Assembly (NCBI GenBank): GCA_011109175.1
Contig: RDEW01000001.1
Span: forward strand, 1,316,360-1,380,359
From: Dicyema japonicum
Taxonomy: Eukaryota; Animalia; Dicyemida
Reading direction: 5' to 3'
Length of the DNA stretch: 64,000 nucleotides
Shown here: in pieces, positions 62,198-64,000 of the stretch
Layout of the letters: every line of letters starts with the position of its first letter
Numbering within the stretch: position 1 is the first letter of the stretch
Position numbers and translations under genes: made by a program
Notes under the pieces: model-generated
The model's input: only the letters and a program-made list of their open reading frames with translations
The model's database searches: none
What the model was told of the DNA's origin: nothing

Positions 62198-64000
62198 TCA
62201 CCTTTTCTCTGCTTTCCAGGGTTTTCCGCGATGGCTGAGGTTTAATGGGGATCGGCGGAAGGGTGTGGGAGACACATCCGTGAACCTCTGGGAGTCTATG
62301 AGGGAAGCAGAAGACCGATCGACAGCGCTTGCAGCAGTTACTGATAACAGTCGTCTTCCTCTCACATCCAGCAAAGTTACAAGTCTCATTGATTTTAAAA
62401 ATATCCTCGCACGTGTCAATGCTTTTATTACTGGATTTCTTATTTTTACGTTTATTCGCGATTTTTCAACAACATAATCATCTTGTCCGTTTTCACAATT
62501 CGTGTTCTCCACTTCTATCGACTCTAATCTTAGATCCTCAAATCTCAGTGGTCGATTATCACCATAAGGGTGATCAGGAAAAGCACATGCGTTCTCTAAA
62601 GTAGGCTCTTTGGTTCTGTTACTTTGCTTTAACTCCGACTTCGTGAAAAGGGTGACATTTTTGTCCCCGCTCTTCGCAGGCTCAGACATTTGGTTTAGGA
62701 AGTCGTTCCCCAAAGTAGGATCTTGAGTTATGTTACTCTGCTTAAACTCAGGCTTCGTGAAAATGGTGACTTTTTTGTCTCCGCCCTTCGCAGGCTCAGA
62801 CACGTGGCTTAGGCAGTCGTAGTCGTCCAGAATCTGAAGTTAATAAGAGAGCAAACTTTATAAATGATCTTCCTCTTCCATTTAGTTAAAACACCTGGGA
62901 ACTCGTATTCGGCCCCCTTTTCGGCGACGGATGATATGATTCGTTCTATACTTTGACGGAAATTTTGGTTGTGGCTCGTTTTCCGTGGTTTTTCTGGAAG
63001 TAAAGGAACGCAGTAATTTTCTAAAATAACTGGAATCAAACGATCGAGGTCAAAATCGTCAGGATAAAAGCAGATGTCCGCGTTTTTACGAATATATTTC
63101 ACCAAGTTTTCGAGAAACGAAATAGATTGTTTACTTAGTGTATAAGAATCCATCACAAGGATTAACAGTCTCCGAGCACGTGTTAATGCCACATTTACCC
63201 TCCTGAAATCCCCCAGGAAGCCCACAGAATCTAGAATGAAGACTGACAATACCGTCTTTGCTAGATCTGACAAATGAAATGATGATCACTTCCTTCTCTC
63301 GCCCCTGAAAGGAGTCCACGGAGCTTATTTCAATCTCTTTCAACGAGATCAGAGTCTTTCTGATCATATCGACCTGTCCCCGGTAGAATGAGATCACTCC
63401 AACGAGGCTCTGATCCACCCCTGAGGATATCAGCCTCGTGACACACTTCGCCACGAGATCAGCCTCCCCAGTGTTACACTTTGATGTCTCCCCTAGGTCA
63501 TCCTCATAGAGCCCATTATTGGAGGTATCAACGACCACAAGTGCTGAAGAGGTAAGATCGGTCTCTTCAACTTGGGGTAAGTCACTAATCATGAGAACAA
63601 GATAACACCATAAAAGATGAGACATCACGGAATCGTCCGCGATCATTTCGCTACCGTAAAACTCGTTCGACGAAAATCCCATGATTTTCTGGTGCATTCT
63701 GTACTGAGTGGTTAGCTTTTGGTAAGTTCGGGATACATTTTACTCAGCCTATCCATCAGAGAAATCCTCAGCTCCTCAGCTCTTACAAATTCCTCAAAAA
63801 ACTACTCTTCTGAAAAAACCGTCGGCGGTAGTTGATTGCAATCACCAGCGAGGATGAATTTCTTGGCCAGAGGCAGGGCAACCCAGGAAAGCGCCTCCAT
63901 AGCCTGCAATCAGTCCCCAGGAAACCTGACTGCTCTCATCTACTACTGCAAGATCAAAGAACTCGTTCCCAAACCCAGAGATCGAAGCCACGCTAGCTAA
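62198..64000 (-). CDS. IGHMBP2: IGHMBP2/SMUBP-2 helicase, 3' part (5' end outside the window)
   Basis: LAGDCNQLPP, QYRMHQKIM, NTGEADLV, SVDSFQGREKEVIIISFVRS, GFLGDFRRVNVALTRARR, then an R3H-like domain (YEFPGVL..KRKIIY). Confidence 0.9.
62598..62822. repeat. Two tandem 114-bp (38-aa) coding repeats in the IGHMBP2 C-terminus
   Basis: aaagtagg occurs at 62598 and 62712. SEPAKGGDKKVTIFTK versus SEPAKSGDKNVTLFTK. Confidence 0.9.

Noticed and set aside
3-63697. Many 60-150 aa ORFs in the supplied track (e.g. 22111-22467, 25345-25785, 50634-50954, 62265-62477)
   Set aside because: They are antisense or off-frame shadows of the real genes and LINEs.
9426-64000. Stop-codon reassignment or alternative genetic code
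   Set aside because: In the genes I worked through, in-frame stops disappear once 19-31 nt GT-AG introns are removed, and conserved Trp/Gln positions use standard codons.

Overview
AT-rich eukaryotic nuclear DNA from an animal with a compacted gene architecture. PRPF6, GCN1, BRCA1 and IGHMBP2 read as metazoan-type. Nearly every intron I could delimit is a 19-31 nt GT-AG micro-intron, which fits a reduced parasitic metazoan such as a dicyemid or myxozoan (taxon is inference only). I recognised ten conserved genes: SEC16, GCN1, BRCA1, a secreted zinc-less alpha-carbonic anhydrase, PRPF6, NCAPD2, DDX18, ABHD4-like, ZGRF1 and partial IGHMBP2. There are also a few unidentified ORF clusters. Intergenic space is full of transposon debris: RTE-like, I/CR1-like and CRE-like LINEs, hAT and CGGBP1-like transposase relics, a tRNA-headed SINE family, and a foldback TIR element carrying a captured LINE fragment. 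The most interesting signal is a dispersed family of ~200-300 bp retro-elements (at least 7 copies). They share a ~63-nt module with compensatory base changes that folds with HDV-ribozyme-like nested-pseudoknot topology but has a non-canonical core, followed by a LINE-type TAATTAG...(TAA)n tail. Single-base frameshifts in essential genes and a duplication next to an N suggest residual assembly errors. Gene ends were read by eye and some are approximate.
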